64,000 bases of DNA, taken from positions 62,001-126,000 of the forward strand of contig NW_026858506.1 in NCBI RefSeq assembly GCF_026571515.1, written 5' to 3'. Within the stretch, counting starts at the first letter, position 1. The number at the start of each line of letters is the position of its first letter. The translations under genes and the position numbers were made by a program. Under the pieces are notes generated by a model. The model was given only the letters and a program-made list of their open reading frames with translations, was not told the DNA's origin and searched no databases. This DNA comes from Ruditapes philippinarum. Taxonomy: Eukaryota. This document shows, piece by piece, positions 15,387 to 28,713 of the stretch.

Positions 15387-15456
15387 CACAAAGTGGGTAT
15401 GGAGCTTCATCAGGTCCTAGCCGGACCCACAACTGATAGTCTTTCGCCTCTGACTC
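15387..15456 (-). CDS. ARHGAP20: Coding exon, 70 nt: ESEAKDYQLWVRLGPDEAPYPLC(G) (RA domain)
   Basis: Acceptor tctatattttcAG, donor G|GTAAGT, phase 0 to 1. Contains the DYQLWV...EAPYPL motif. Confidence 0.95.
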
Positions 15457-18400
15457 CTGAAAATATAGAAATATAATATTGTCAATTAAAAAGCATTAAA
15501 AAGTCTTTGGTTTGTGATATGAACAAGCATTGAAAGCTCTAGCAAGAAGAAACTGTGTTTGTTCCGTAATATCATTTTTTCTCTAGAAATATAATATATA
15601 AAAATTATGTCTCAGTTCAGAACTGTTCACTATTTTGGAAGATAATCTGTAAGGTGCCGGGTAGTTCAGTCTGTTGTACCGCAGAATGGTATTCCGCGGG
15701 TCGTGGGTTCTATTTGTATCACCAGACTATGTTTGAACCTTGAACTTACTAGTACCACCAGACTATAGATATAACTAGACATTTATCTAACTGCTGAGTT
15801 TATTATCTGACATTATGATTATACGGCAATTACAGAAAATTTAATAAAACCAAAAATTCACTATAATTGCATTATCAAATGCAATATTTCTTTACCACAC
15901 CAAAATTGAACAACAACAGCAAGAAACAACACTAAATATTAAGATCTATTAATTAAAATTCAAATGAGGCATAATAGAATTAGTTAGCAAACGAAACGGT
16001 AATTATAAAATCTAAAAAAGCCCATGACTCTTGTGTCATTTTGCCATTGTTGCACGAAATTTCATTTAAATTTTCGCCCCCATTGTCCAAAACGCCCCCG
16101 TACAATATTCAGACTTAGTCAAGATAATCAAATTAACCACCATAGCATTAAAATAGCCACAAAATTTGTCAATGTCCAGTCAAATGTACATGTATTATAC
16201 TTAACGACATAAAATATGTCATTTAATTGGTCAGATATATATTTCATTGTCCAGTCTTAAATTAGTAATGCCTGACCAACACCAAGATAGTGACTGGGGG
16301 AAAGTATAGAAAAAAAAAATTTTTTTAAAATTTTTTCATTATAAAAAATTTTTTGAATTTTCAAAAAAAATTTTTAAATTTTAAATTAACATAAATCTGT
16401 AAATTTTTAAAAATTTTCTCCAAATGAAAAAAAAAGGTTTAAAAATTTATTCTTAAAAAATTTTTAAATTTTTAGTACTTTTAAAAGTCAAGTTTTTTAA
16501 AAAAAATTGGTCTTTTCCCTTTAATTACATATAAAATAAAAACCAAAAAAAAATATCCATAAATTTTACACCTTTAAGATAAACAATATTTTGCTTTAAA
16601 AAAATATAAATTTAACTATAAGTGAAAAATAAATACAGACCTTTATGCGCACACAATGTTAATTGTCTATGATATTTTTTCCCATTCATAACACAAGATA
16701 AATTTCTGAATGGAAAAAACTTACAATTTCTTTATATTTATATACATGTAACTAGTTGGAGCACAAACACCATTGACGTAATAGCCTGATTTTTTTCTAC
16801 ATGAATTTTCATGGAACTGTCAAAGACATGGTCAACAATAAATTGTACATGTCAGACAATAATTGATCTGATTATGACATGAAAACATGACCAAATAAAC
16901 ATGTTTGCTTCAATTAATTTGACTGTAGTACAAGAGTCAAGGAAATTTCCAAAATATAGGTTGGTCAGAACTTTTCAGACCAGCAGATGTCAATCATCCT
17001 TCAGACATTTGTGCTATTTGCTTTTAAGTGTCCAAAGTTTCCACATGAACACCAAAATGTTTTCAATAGCACTGCCAGGATCACTCTGCCATAAGCAATT
17101 TTAGTCATAATTATATCAAAATTGCGTCAGAAGTTATAGTTTGGCTGTAACACGATTTCCTGCCAAAGTTACCAGTATGCAAAATCATTATATCAATTGA
17201 TTAGAAATCTACTGAAATCTAGTATACTATTGCTGAACGTATTTCATAACTTGTTGATTGAACATATAGATGCTAATACCATGAATAATTATAAAAGTAC
17301 AATTGAGATCTTGAATGGCATATGCAAACTTTAAACACTAAATAAATAAAACTCAGGGCTTCAGCAATTTCTATTACATGCCACCAAAATAATGCTCCTA
17401 CCAAATAAGAAATAAACCCTAGTTCAATATTCTAATAAACAATCCCAAACATATTTTGTTACTTTTCTGCTGTACTTTGCAGACACACATCTTTACATTT
17501 TAAAATTTGTACTTTTAAGCAGCTCTCCCTCATTAAACAATACAGTTCATTGTGTATGTCAAAATCAGGTGAAAAGTAGTGCTGGCGTATTAGTACATAA
17601 CTTCCTAACGTAAGAAATGAAGAAATACGTGGTATACTAATGAGATATGTCAAACGCAGCAGTTACATGCACTTAAAACTGTCCTCTTGTCCTGTCCTTG
17701 CATTTTTATCTTTCCCGGTCAAATTTGGGCGGGCTTTAAAATTTTTTAAACCAACCCACCAGGGTTTACCCCCGTTTATCGTTTTGGGTGATAAATTTTA
17801 GTAAACATGTGTACTTTTAAATTTTAAGCATAGTTACTACAAAACCTTCTGACGTACAGTTTTTCTAATGTATGTCACTCCTTTTGCAAAGATGACTGAC
17901 TTTTTGTTTTTTTTACCAGATAAACTTTTTAATGTACATGTTTTAGTAAAATTTCATAATTTAAAAAAAAGAAAGAAAAAAATTGTGTGTATTGCCATGG
18001 TAACTGACATAAATAATTTAGCAATAAGTTTAATCCTAAGAAATTGAAAAACCTTTGAAAGCAACACTATTTTTGTTTGTTTGTTTCATTTTACGCCTTT
18101 TCCCCAACAGTAATAAGTATTTCAGTCATATAGACGGAAGCAACACAAAAGTTAACCCCATCACCACACAATATCCTTACTTATTCTATCATTTTTGAAC
18201 CTTCCAGGTACATCGTTTTTGGTTTTGTTGAAATTAACAATGCAATTAAATTTAAAACACTGTCACGAAAAAAGGCTTAAATAGAGCCATGTATATTAAC
18301 TTTTCTTGCAAATTCAACAAAATTTTGTTCCCATGGTTTTTGACCAGTTTGCACCGACAAGACAAAAAAGGGTCCAAGAAAAAATATATCATGAGGGGTG

Positions 18401-19706
18401 ACACATCATAATGTACCAGTGACATCAAAAATTGCCTAAAACCAAAATGCTAAATTCTATTGTTTTTACAAGAAATGACGAAAAGTCAATCACTTCTAGC
18501 GTATTACAAATGTCATTTTCTAAACAAACATGCAAACACTGCACTAAAACATCATACTCCTTTGATCTTTTCCCCACCAAAAATGTCTTCAACTCACATT
18601 TGACAAAGCATTTGTTTTTATATCTATGACAATGAAGTATATAAATTTCCAATGTTTTGACATCTCGCACATTAAAATTTTTTACCTGCCGAAATCATCA
18701 TTTTGTGCCCGCCACAATGAAAATCATCTGAAAATCCTTACAGTTATTTCTGATATAAACCATATTTTATATTTCCTACCTTTTTGTCTATAATTTATTT
18801 CATAAATGAACATGTTCATATTCCGTGAAATCTATTTTTAGTGACGTTAAAAATGCAGGGAAAAGAGATCCACATGTTTATCACCAATTTTGGACAAAAT
18901 AAATGTAGGAGTAGTGGCTATATTTAAATAATACAAAGTTTATTTACATCAATTGTTCACCATAATTATACAAATTAACCTAATAAGATTAATATAGACA
19001 TTATCAGATAAGATAACTAAATATTATTATTACAGTAATACTATTTGCAGTGTGATAATATTATCATGATAATAGAAGGATAACTGATAATTTTAGTTTG
19101 ACCATCACAAAAACAATTAGGTCAGTATAAAATAACATGCATGTCTGCTTTAATACTAGTCAAATCAGTACTGGTGTCAGCATAATTCATATTAAACCAG
19201 TACTGCGGAACCATATATCAAACACTAACATAAACCTAACAAGGGACATAGTCAAACACCACCCCATCAAAAGATGAAAAATGACAAAGTTAGGCAAAAA
19301 AGAGTTAACCTCATCATTTTGTGCTTTTTTCCTTTATATATTTCAAATCAGGGCTTCCATTAGTTCCAGAACTTGGAAGTCAGAGACTGCAAAACGTCTG
19401 ACATAATCACATTTGAAGTCCCATTATATAGGTAAAGAAGAAAAAGCATTACATTTTGAAAATTCACAAGCCAAAAACAAGGAGTAAATGACTCCAAAAC
19501 TTTAAACTAATGGTTGAACCATAAACCCTAAAAACAGAGCCAAACATATCAATTGTATCATCTTTAAGTTCTGAATAAATTCATGTCTAATTTATGTCCA
19601 TGTGAAGTTTCTATATAATCCAGACATTGTTTCAATGTTTTTAAGTTGGAATTCCCTGATTGCAAAAAACAAATTCAAGTTTGAAATACAGAATAATAGT
19701 ACTTAC

Positions 19707-19784
19707 GGTCATATTTAGCTGTTCAACACAAGACTTGACCACTGACAAGACATCAGTTACACTTTCTACTTCCACCTGGCATGC
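19707..19784 (-). CDS. ARHGAP20: Coding exon, 78 nt: ACQVEVESVTDVLSVVKSCVEQLNMT (RA domain)
   Basis: Acceptor gattatttcAG, donor CC|GTAAGT, phase 0 to 0. Positionally equivalent to ARHGAP20 KTITVMNSDTANEVINMSLPMLGIT. Confidence 0.88.
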
Positions 19785-21250
19785 CTGAAATAATCATTCA
19801 AATCATGGTAAGATAAAAATCAACATCACCTTAAATAATTTACAACAAAAATAATATGATTTTCATATAAAAATAATTTCAAACAAAATAATTTCACAAC
19901 CAAATTTAAACAAAAATAATATGCTTTTCATATCAAAAATAATATTTTTTCATAAAAACTTTCATAAATAAATTTTAAAAAATGAACTAACATAACTAAC
20001 TTCCTCTACTCCAAGTCCTACTTGAAATCTTGTTCCTGATGACCCCATTTAGAAATAGCATAAATAGCAATTATAACATATAATTTGCCTTCTGAATTTT
20101 CACAACTTTCAAATCTCAAAAATTACTTTTGTATGTACATTTTAAATAAAGCACATTAATAATTCCCACAAAATCTAGAATACAAATATTATTAATATAT
20201 TGTCTTTGTAATTTATCACATTATTTATTTCATAAAAACATCTTATATATTTATAAATCCTTTTATTTTGCTCTGTAACCTATGTGACCAAAACAATTTT
20301 TAAACTGAATTTTTATTTTTATTATTCAAGATATATATGATACTGATGATGAAAAAAATACCAACAAAAAGGCACCAGTAATAAAACTGTCAGATATATG
20401 GTGAAATGAATTCAGACTCTTCACTTCAGTCCAATTAAGTGGATCAACCTAATCTTTATTTGTATATTGTCACCTAATTATTACTTTACAATTACATGTC
20501 ACTTTCATGCCATTCATCGTCCAATCACCAACTTGATTAATCAAAGAGTTTTAATGGTCAACTTGTTTGCAAAAATTTTGTCACACTTCCAGAGAACGTG
20601 TTATAAAATCTTTTGACCAGTTAATAAAATTTCACAAGTTTACAAATTTTCTCCCCTCCTTGCAAAATATTTGAAACTTAATTAATAACAAAGCATAGTT
20701 ATTTTCCTGTAAATGATGGATTAACAGGATGTTCTATATTTAGTAACAACAATTTTTAAAGCACTGAAATCTTTTAAGAATGATAAAGTGAAATTTAATC
20801 ATTTATCTTTTGCATGACTTGAATATGTCATTATGTTTATATTGTATTAAATCTTAAGATAATTTCTGACAAGAATCAAACCAAACCTATGTGATTAACA
20901 GTTGAAAATTACATCAAAATATACTTAAGACATCTTTTTAAGATATTCTTAAGTAAAACAACAATCTGTGTTTTTTTTGTAATATGTGATGTAAACTTGA
21001 AATTTCAATTAATGAAAAAGGTACATTTTTTGTATTTTTGTTGGCTTTTATTTCCTGTTCAATATAATTATGTGCACACTTAATCCTTGCAAATATTTCA
21101 TATGTAAATGAAATCAATGTATATTGCTAAAGCTTTTTTATACCATATTATGTTATGTTGTGTAAAATACTTGTTTGTTACATGTGTCCCAATTACAGAA
21201 GTTATATGGGTTATTTTTCCTCCATAAATAATCTTGTCAAAACTACATAC

Positions 21251-21326
21251 CTTATCACTTTCTTTACTTTGCACATTTATTTGTAAACATTTTGGCTTTA
21301 ATTTGGCACGCTCCTCGTCTATTTGT
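21251..21326 (-). CDS. ARHGAP20: Coding exon, 76 nt: QIDEERAKLKPKCLQINVQSKESDK (PH-RA junction)
   Basis: Acceptor tttctgtctttcAG, donor AAG|GTATGT, phase 2 to 0. Lies inside ORF 21098..21397. Confidence 0.9.
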
Positions 21327-21419
21327 CTGAAAGACAGAAATAAAGCATCACAATAAACAATGCTCAAGTCTACAAAATGACCAATGAAATCTGTCAAAGA
21401 AGTAACATTTTCAAAAGAG

Positions 21420-21623
21420 TTAAAACCCTTTTCTAAATGGACTTGTCCATCCTTTAATCAGGACAGGATGAAACCATTCATCATACTTAGGGTAAGTTTT
21501 AAAATAATTACTGAGTAGCGAACAGTGCAGACATTGATCATACAGCATTGCTGTGCTGGCTGATCATGCTCTGCATCAGTTGCATGGGCAGAAACTGTTG
21601 CTGTCTGGCAGGCTAAGGGTTAA
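21420..21623. mobile_element. Representative of an old ~200-250-bp TTAA-flanked MITE family with about 8 copies in the window
   Basis: Ends in agggTTAA. The motifs aaatggacttgtcca and aacagtatagagcctgg/aacagtgcaga recur near 10144-10355, 37812-37985, 42370-42570, 48226-48440, 53490-53640, 56980-57140 and 61085-61320, in both orientations. Confidence 0.6.
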
Positions 21624-21993
21624 AGTGGATTGGTCTACAATGGTCACATTTTCCGTATTTATAATACCGATAAAAACAATAGAAATGTATCACCTGTATA
21701 TCCTTACAAAATATTTCTTGAAAAGAATATTGATATAGTTTTCAGTGATTTAGTAAGAACATTTATATGATGAAAAATAATACTTTGTTCTAGAACAATT
21801 TATTATCTGCTACATATAGATATAATAATATGTCTCTCACACGATCAACAACTTTCATATTATATATAATTCTTTCAAGGTTTTTTGTCATGTATGATAC
21901 AAAATACTATCAACGTAAGTATTTATGGTACAACAGACTTTCCGTTATGGACCAATCCACTTTAATATGCAGTATTTGTAAGGACCAACTTAC

Positions 21994-22185
21994 TCTTTGA
22001 ATTTATTGAGCCATGTTTCTTTTAACTCCAGACTTTTGAATGTAGCAACAAAGTTTGTTGTAGGCCAGCCTATCACGAATGATCGGTCCGTGGGTCGTGT
22101 AATTTCCGTGACAATATCTATACAGTCGGCAATCCACAACTCGCAGACACGTATTCGGTGCTTCAACTTAAATGTTGTGTTGGAT
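21994..22185 (-). CDS. ARHGAP20: Coding exon, 192 nt, PH domain: SNTTFKLKHRIRVCELWIADCIDIVTEITRPTDRSFVIGWPTTNFVATFKSLELKETWLNKFK(E)
   Basis: Acceptor tttctatttgtAG, donor GA|GTAAGT, phase 2 to 2. Contains the GWPTxNFVATF motif and the C-terminal PH helix Trp (ETWL). Confidence 0.95.
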
Positions 22186-25100
22186 CTACAAATAGAAACA
22201 AAATTTCATGAAATATATAATATTATCGTCAATAAAATTTAGAAAATTATAACATGAAAAGGGTGAATTTTTAACAGGTAGAGGAAGAAAAGAAATTGAG
22301 CTAACAACAGAACAGAGCCTTGTGGCAAAGACTAATCTCTTTCGATAAGGATTTATATTAACATAGGAAGTTATCAAAGTTTACATTCCTATATTGGTTA
22401 ATATATTCTCCATTCACATTCTTCAAATTTGATGAGGAACATTTTGTGCATCATGCATGAAATTCATGGCTTGTAAATTCTATTCAATAGATGCATGCAC
22501 AGTTGCTGCCTTTTATGTTGATGAAAATTTTTTTTTCTTAAAAAGTTACCAGATAGATAAGTTTAACTCGACTTAAATCATGCTAAAATATTTTAACGAT
22601 TTTTATCTCGATTCATAGCCAAAACATGTTGATTTTTATCTGATCACATGCAAAACAATTTTCCCTTCTTTTAGAAACATTATACTAACATGAAAAAGTT
22701 TAGAAATATGCTAAGCATGCATAAAAATGCAAAACATGCATAAAAGTACATAAAAACCTATAATCGACATAAAATGTATGCAAAATTTGCATAGGGAAAT
22801 TCTTAAAAGGATGCAAATATCTAAATTCATGATTTTATTTACTTATTTATGTTCTTATATTATTTACATATTTTCTTTTTCAGGGAGAAGAGGGGATGAT
22901 GGACTTTCACTAAGATTATCGCAACTTTTGGATTTTATTGGTGATGAGGGAAACCAAAAGTGCACCGAACATTAACATGCATAGGCCTTTAAGTATATTT
23001 TTAATCTTAACATCTTAGCATATTCTAAAGCATCAACATTGTGCTCTTTTGCTGATTCAAGACCTAAACAAACTACATAATTATGTTATGTTCTTAAACA
23101 GGAAAAGGTGATTCAAGCCACAAATGACTCACTTTTTTAGTTGCGTTTACTATTTGTTTTGTACAAAAATGTACTTTCATTTTGATGACTTTTCACCTAC
23201 CCACCTTTATGACCCCTATTAAATCTTGCACCTTTACCCCATCAGAGAAATAAAACTGAATATTTGCACCATTAAAAGATTTCTGTAAATTTGTGGTCTA
23301 TTCATATGTTGTAATGGATGAGATTTTGATCAGCTAACAGTACCTTTAAAACCACATTAGATTTTTGCGGTTTTAAGATCAATATATATGGTGGTGTAAG
23401 AATTAATTGGTGTGGGGATTATATATCACCAATGTTGAAAAAAAACCTACAATAACAAAAATAACAACAAAAGAACATGTACCGCTCAGAACTTGAACAT
23501 TACCCACAATTCAACAGAGACTGGTAAACTAATGATGCATTTCCCACAATTCTTCACTAACAGGATGTTGAAGTTAATGTACACATTTGATAAAAAAAAC
23601 CCCAAAAAACCTGCACTTTAGAACTACTCAAAAGTAGAAAAGACATTGTCAGCAGCTATTTTGGTAGATTTTATTTCCTTTTGTGTGAATGACTTCTTTC
23701 CTGAAACATTCCCCCTTTCCTTTTGGAATCCATCTTAATGATTTCCTTTAAATTCAAATTTCAATTACTTTTTTCACACTCCATCCATTCTCATATTCAA
23801 ATAAGACATTGAATTGTTATAGTAAGAAGTATGAGCATATCATATTACTCATTCATTGGTTGGTAAGGTCACAATAATGTACCAATAAAATGAATATTAC
23901 ACATACAATGTACTTAATAGGAGAATTTTTCTTCTTATTTTTTTTTATGCATTTCTGTCTCTTTTATGTTAAAGGCTCGACTAGTTTTAGTCATAATTGA
24001 AAAAATATTTATTAGGATGTTAAATGAAAGCAGTTTCCTTCATGAAAGTGACCAAGTGCTTATTATGTCATTATTTGTGGTACCTGCAGTGCTTTAAAAT
24101 AATGAATGACCCAATTTTTGCATGTACTTGTAACTATGTTAATTTACAATGTCATTCATACAATCGTAATTCAGTGAGACTGTGTAACTGGCAGGGATTT
24201 TTAGTCCTGCAACTGACAGAAAGAGGACACAGACTTTTTGGACAGAAAGAGGACAGTAAACTTTTTGTTGTAAACATGAGGACCTCTCTAAAAGCAACAA
24301 ATAACAATACATAAAACATCTCAATACCATAATGCTCTATAACACACATATCAGAAGAAACCTTAATTTCTTAAACCATTCCAAGGGCCATGACTCAAAA
24401 CTAATCAGGGGCCGTATTCATAAAGCTCCTAAGGGAAAAAATTCCCTTAGATTCTAAGATTTCCCTTAAAAAACGTAAGATTTCCCTTACTTTTTAAGAA
24501 TTTCCCTTACTTTTTAAGAATTTCCTTAGTTGCTATTCATAAAACTCCTTAGGACAAAAATTCCTCAATTTTGGCCGATTTTTCCCTTAAATATTAAGGT
24601 AGCCATATGCTCCATTAACTTTTAAGGGAAAAAGTTAAGGGATAAAAATGAAGAAGAAAAAAATGGCCGATTAGCAGACGATTTGTTCATTCCCTTTCTC
24701 AAATAACAAATCCAGCTACTATCCATTTTGGAATCGACGGAGATTTAATCATAATAATATCCGATGAAAATAATTCGTTCGTATATTAGCCAAACAACGC
24801 AGCTAACCGGAAATCTCCGTTCCAGCGGAGGCAATTTTCTGAATATTTTAACATTTTAAATGAATGTTTTATTGTATGAAGAACGTATTTTACGAATGCA
24901 GAACTGACTTTTTATTGTCTTAAAAAAAGAAACAGTATGTTTCCTGGATAGCCAAATCCTTACATGATGTTGGGAGCTTGCGGTAAATCGGAGAGCTAGA
25001 AGTCTAATAGTGCCCGGATTGATATTTCGGATACGGTCTAAAATCTACAAAAGTAAAAATTATAATGAATGTAATCAAGTTATAATAAGAGAATATGGAA

Positions 25101-25591
25101 GAAAATTTAAGATTTATATTCAATACACTCTTGATGAGGTTTCAAAAATGTTAAAAAAAAACCTCCATTTTTACAAATATACACTCGAGAAAAAGATGTA
25201 CAAATCATTCACCTGCCGACCTGGATTCAGGACTTAATTTGCTAAAAACTTTTGGTAAGTAGATGTACGTTGATATGTATTTCTTTAGCTTACACTCAGA
25301 TAAAAGGAACTTTAAGCATAATATTATAAAAATTTTAATTTAAAAGTAGAAATGTGACATGCAACTAGAGACTAGGGTTAAATTTCCAATTCTAACAAGA
25401 CCCGCATTTTTTCCTATTGAACATAGAAGAACAGAAAGTGTTTGTTATTATGCATGTGACGTAATCATTATACACGTGACGTAACCACTAAAAATCCGAC
25501 GCGCTGAAAATAAGTACGGAAACAAATCAGGCGCAAATTTGCTTAACTATCAAGTACGGCAACATTTATTTGTTGATGTTGTGTTAGAATC

Positions 25592-25763
25592 GAAATAATA
25601 TATCCAAATCAGTGATTTTATCGCTTGATAACATCACTGTTTGTCGTTCGGATGCGCATATTATATCACTCGGGCTAAGCCCTCGTGATATAATTCCTCG
25701 CATCCGAACTCCAAACAGTGATGTTATTGAGCGATAGAATCACTGTTTGGGATATATTATTTC
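25592..25763. repeat. 172-nt imperfect palindrome (long hairpin), the end of a Crypton-like repeat
   Basis: gaaataatatatccaaatcagtgatt...cactcgggc-taa-gccctcgtg...aatcactgtttgggatatattatttc; the arms pair along their whole length with small internal bulges. The hairpin is directly visible, the Crypton label is tentative. Confidence 0.75.
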
Positions 25764-26345
25764 TTAAACAACTGTTTTATATAGAGCTTTATTGTCTGAA
25801 GGGTAGGAAGACACTTCACCCCCAGACGGCAGACACTTCACCCGTCAAGACACTTCACCCCTCATCCAATTTTTTTATTTATTTAAATTATTTTTAATAT
25901 TATTTGATTAATAACTTTTTAATTAAAGGACTAAATAATATTGTATGTAAAATAAATAATACTGTATTGTATGAAAGATAAAAATATACTGGTTTCCTAG
26001 CAGTTTCCGTCCCCTAGCAGTTTTCTGGTCGTTTATCATTTTCGTCCAGTAGTCTATTTTTACCAGTAAGGCATCCACATTACTTCATCAATCAGAGAGA
26101 CATTTGATTTCTATGCTAAACAGTACAATGATTTATTTGTTTTGAAGTTTTTCCTTTTATTTAAAGTTACATTTGTAAGAGAACTTGCGACTTTCAAAAA
26201 TAAGCAACACCTGGGGAATTCTAGTTTGAATATCCATGCGCAAAAACTTAACCCCATTTTAGGTAAATCAATACTTCAGAAAATATTTTTGCAGACGACA
26301 CGGAAAAGGTTGGGAAGTTCTGTTTGTCTGATAAAACCATCTTAA

Positions 26346-26823
26346 CCTTTTACCCCATGAGCATATTGCGAAAAATGGCCGTTTTCATTGAAAAGCCTCC
26401 TGTAACAAGTTCAAACTGCTATGAAACTATGAAAAATGCTTCAATACTGATGAAACTTGGCACAAATGTTGACTACACCATAGCCTCTGTAACAGCATGC
26501 TCAATCGTAAATTTCCTGTTACCATGGCAAGGGGGGGACGTCTCAAATTGCCAAAAATCACTATTTTGCATTGTTTTTTTCCATCAGCCCTCCTCCAAAC
26601 CCCCCAAACAGAAGGGGACATATCCCCCTTCTGGCAACCCCCTGATGTAACATTTGGATGGGGGACCGCGCCGAAAAAGTGGTCACTTTTTTTAACAACA
26701 TTTCTCAAACGAAAACCAGTGCTTGGGGCCTAAATAGAGCATTTTTTCAATGTTTGAGGCCTTAAAAAGGGAGGGGGGGGGGGGGCGAAAAGCCGTCGAA
26801 ACACGCTTATATGAGGGAAAAGG
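26346..26823 (+). mobile_element. piggyBac-like MITE, copy 1 (internally deleted)
   Basis: TTAA on both sides (26342-26345, 26824-26827) and imperfect TIRs CCTTTTACCCCAT / ATGAGGGAAAAGG. Reverse-complement homologue of 57524-58164. Strand is arbitrary. Confidence 0.8.
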
Positions 26824-26839
26824 TTAACATTGCTTTATG

Positions 26840-27568
26840 GTATAAATACATTTAAGGAAAATCAATGATCCCTGGGGTGGGGCCAATTTTAACCCAAGGG
26901 CCCTTATTTGAACAAAAATGGTAGACACCTATTAGAAGATGTTGATGCTAAATATCTTAGCTCTAGCTCTAAAGGTTTTTTAAAAAGAAGATTTTTTAAG
27001 TTTTTGCTATAAACATAAAGGGAAAAAAACGACCCCCTGGGGTGGGGCCAATTTTGACCCCAGGGCTTTTATTTGAACAAACTTTGTAGACACCCACTAG
27101 AAGATGTTTCATGCTTAATAGCTAAGCTCTAGCTATTTGGGTTTTTTAAAAGTAGATTTTTTAAGTTTTTACTATATACAAATAAGGAAAATCAATGACA
27201 CCCCCCCCCCCCCCGGGCGGGGCCAATTTTGACCCCAGGGCATTTATTTGAACAAACTTGGTAGACACTGACTAGATGATGTTTCATGCCAAATATTTAA
27301 GCTCTAGCTCTTACGGTTTTCTAAAAGAAGATATTTTAAGTTTTTTCTTTTTGTTGCCATGGTTACCAGAGTTCTGCTTGGAATTTAATTCTTTGAATAA
27401 TTTTTAAAGTTGACTACCAAAGGAACATTTCTGTGAAGTGTGGATGAAATTGGCTTAGTGGTTTATGAGGAGATGTCATTTAAAGTTAAAGTTTACGGAC
27501 GGATGACGGACGGACGAAAAGCGATCACAAAAGCACACCATGGCACTTTGTGACAGGTGAGCTAAAAA
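26840..27568 (-). mobile_element. Second HINE-type family, one end truncated, with about 3 units of ~165-175 bp resembling the bivalve Cg170/BIV160-type satellite
   Basis: Three repeats of ggggccaattttgaccccaggg..ttatttgaacaaa..ggtagacacc..agctctagct..gaagattttttaagtttt, then a ggac microsatellite and a terminal aaaagcacacca...ggtgagctaaaaa inverted pair. The family resemblance is from memory. Confidence 0.65.
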
Positions 27569-27700
27569 TTTTCCATTAACTGTGATATGAGCCTTTTTTG
27601 TAGGGCAAAAGCAACAATATATCCATTTTATTATACACGTCTTATAAATGAAATATTGAGAAATATTGATGAAATAAATTGCGTATTTTCATTTTCCGTA

Positions 27701-28107
27701 TTTTCACTGTAAAAATTTATTTTTCACTGCAGTGAAACATATTTTCCGTATTTTCACTGGTGTCTTGCCGGACTACTTTCTTTTAAATTCTGCCAGTACA
27801 CAAATTTTAAGGGAAAGTCCTTCATTTTTATCGCAAAAAAAGAGTAAAATGTATATAATATTAATAAACAGAAAATTCAAGTTTTTTCTATAAATACATG
27901 ATTTTTTCACTGTAAAAATTTATTTTTCACTGCAGTGAAACATATTTTCCGTATTTTCACTGGTGTCTTGCCGGACTACTTTCTTTTAAATTCTGCCAGT
28001 ACACAAATTTTAAGGGAAAGTCCTTCATTTTTATCGCAAAAAAAGAGTAAAATGTATATAATATTAATAAACAGAAAATTCAAGTTTTTTCTATAAATAC
28101 ATGATTT
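27701..28107. repeat. Direct tandem duplication of 203 bp
   Basis: 27701-27903 is repeated at 27904-28106 with a constant offset of 203 at every point checked; no differences seen. Confidence 0.9.
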
Positions 28108-28226
28108 ATTTCATCTTGTGGCATGAAAATTACCATATTTCACTTGTGGCTACCGCCACTGATGAAATATTTATTTTCATACCACTCGATGAAAATAAAT
28201 CATGTATCTATAGAAAAAACTTGAAT
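28078..28226. repeat. ~150-nt imperfect palindrome (long hairpin) of a second Crypton-like family
   Basis: attcaagttttttctataaatacatgattta...gtggc-tacc-gccac...taaatcatgtatctatagaaaaaacttgaat. Confidence 0.75.
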
Positions 28227-28713
28227 ATCCTCTATGTCTTTGGTCAATTACATGATAGAATAATAATAAAATATGTTATGACATATATATCTTAACGTCT
28301 TGGTTAAAACAATAAAGATACTCAATCACTATTGAATACATTTAACATTTTCTACAGAAATAATTGTTAAACACAAAAGAAAAAAAATGGGGATTGAAGT
28401 GTCTCAATCAAATTTCTTAAAATGAGGGGTGAACTGTCCGAGGGCTGAAGTGTCTGCAAAAAAGGGTCTAGGGTGAAGTGTCGGGGGTGAAGCATCTGTA
28501 AATTGTATGAAGTAAAATACTTGTCAAAAATCTTTAATATTTTTAATCAAGACAGAAAAGTACAGTGTAAGTGTATCCAAATTCTCTGTTCTATTTAAAT
28601 TTAAGTGAATGATTAAATGTAGAATTTATCACAGCTATTCATGGTGTAAATGTACATGTATAAAAGTAGCCCCTTTTTAATATAAAAATCTTTCATGGGC
28701 TACCAGTACAGAC

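Larger units (their letters stand above)
25800..28503. mobile_element. MITE-like element with inverted subterminal repeat arrays; hosts the piggyBac-like, HINE and hairpin inserts
   Basis: Three GACACTTCACCC copies at about 25810-25860 and four or five inverted (G)GGTGAAGTGTC-like copies at about 28392-28497. Exact ends and TSD were not resolved. Confidence 0.55.

Noticed and set aside
15655-15720. tRNA-like sequence (also 46442-46515) as a tRNA gene
   Set aside because: A and B boxes are degenerate and no full cloverleaf forms; these are better explained as SINE heads.
21997-22242. Plus-strand 81-aa ORF (likewise 57293..57523)
   Set aside because: These are antisense shadows of minus-strand exons.
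26324-26733. Overlapping ORFs with a homologue at 57854-58099, as a small gene family
   Set aside because: The similarity comes from two copies of a non-coding MITE; frames are not preserved and there is no transposase motif.
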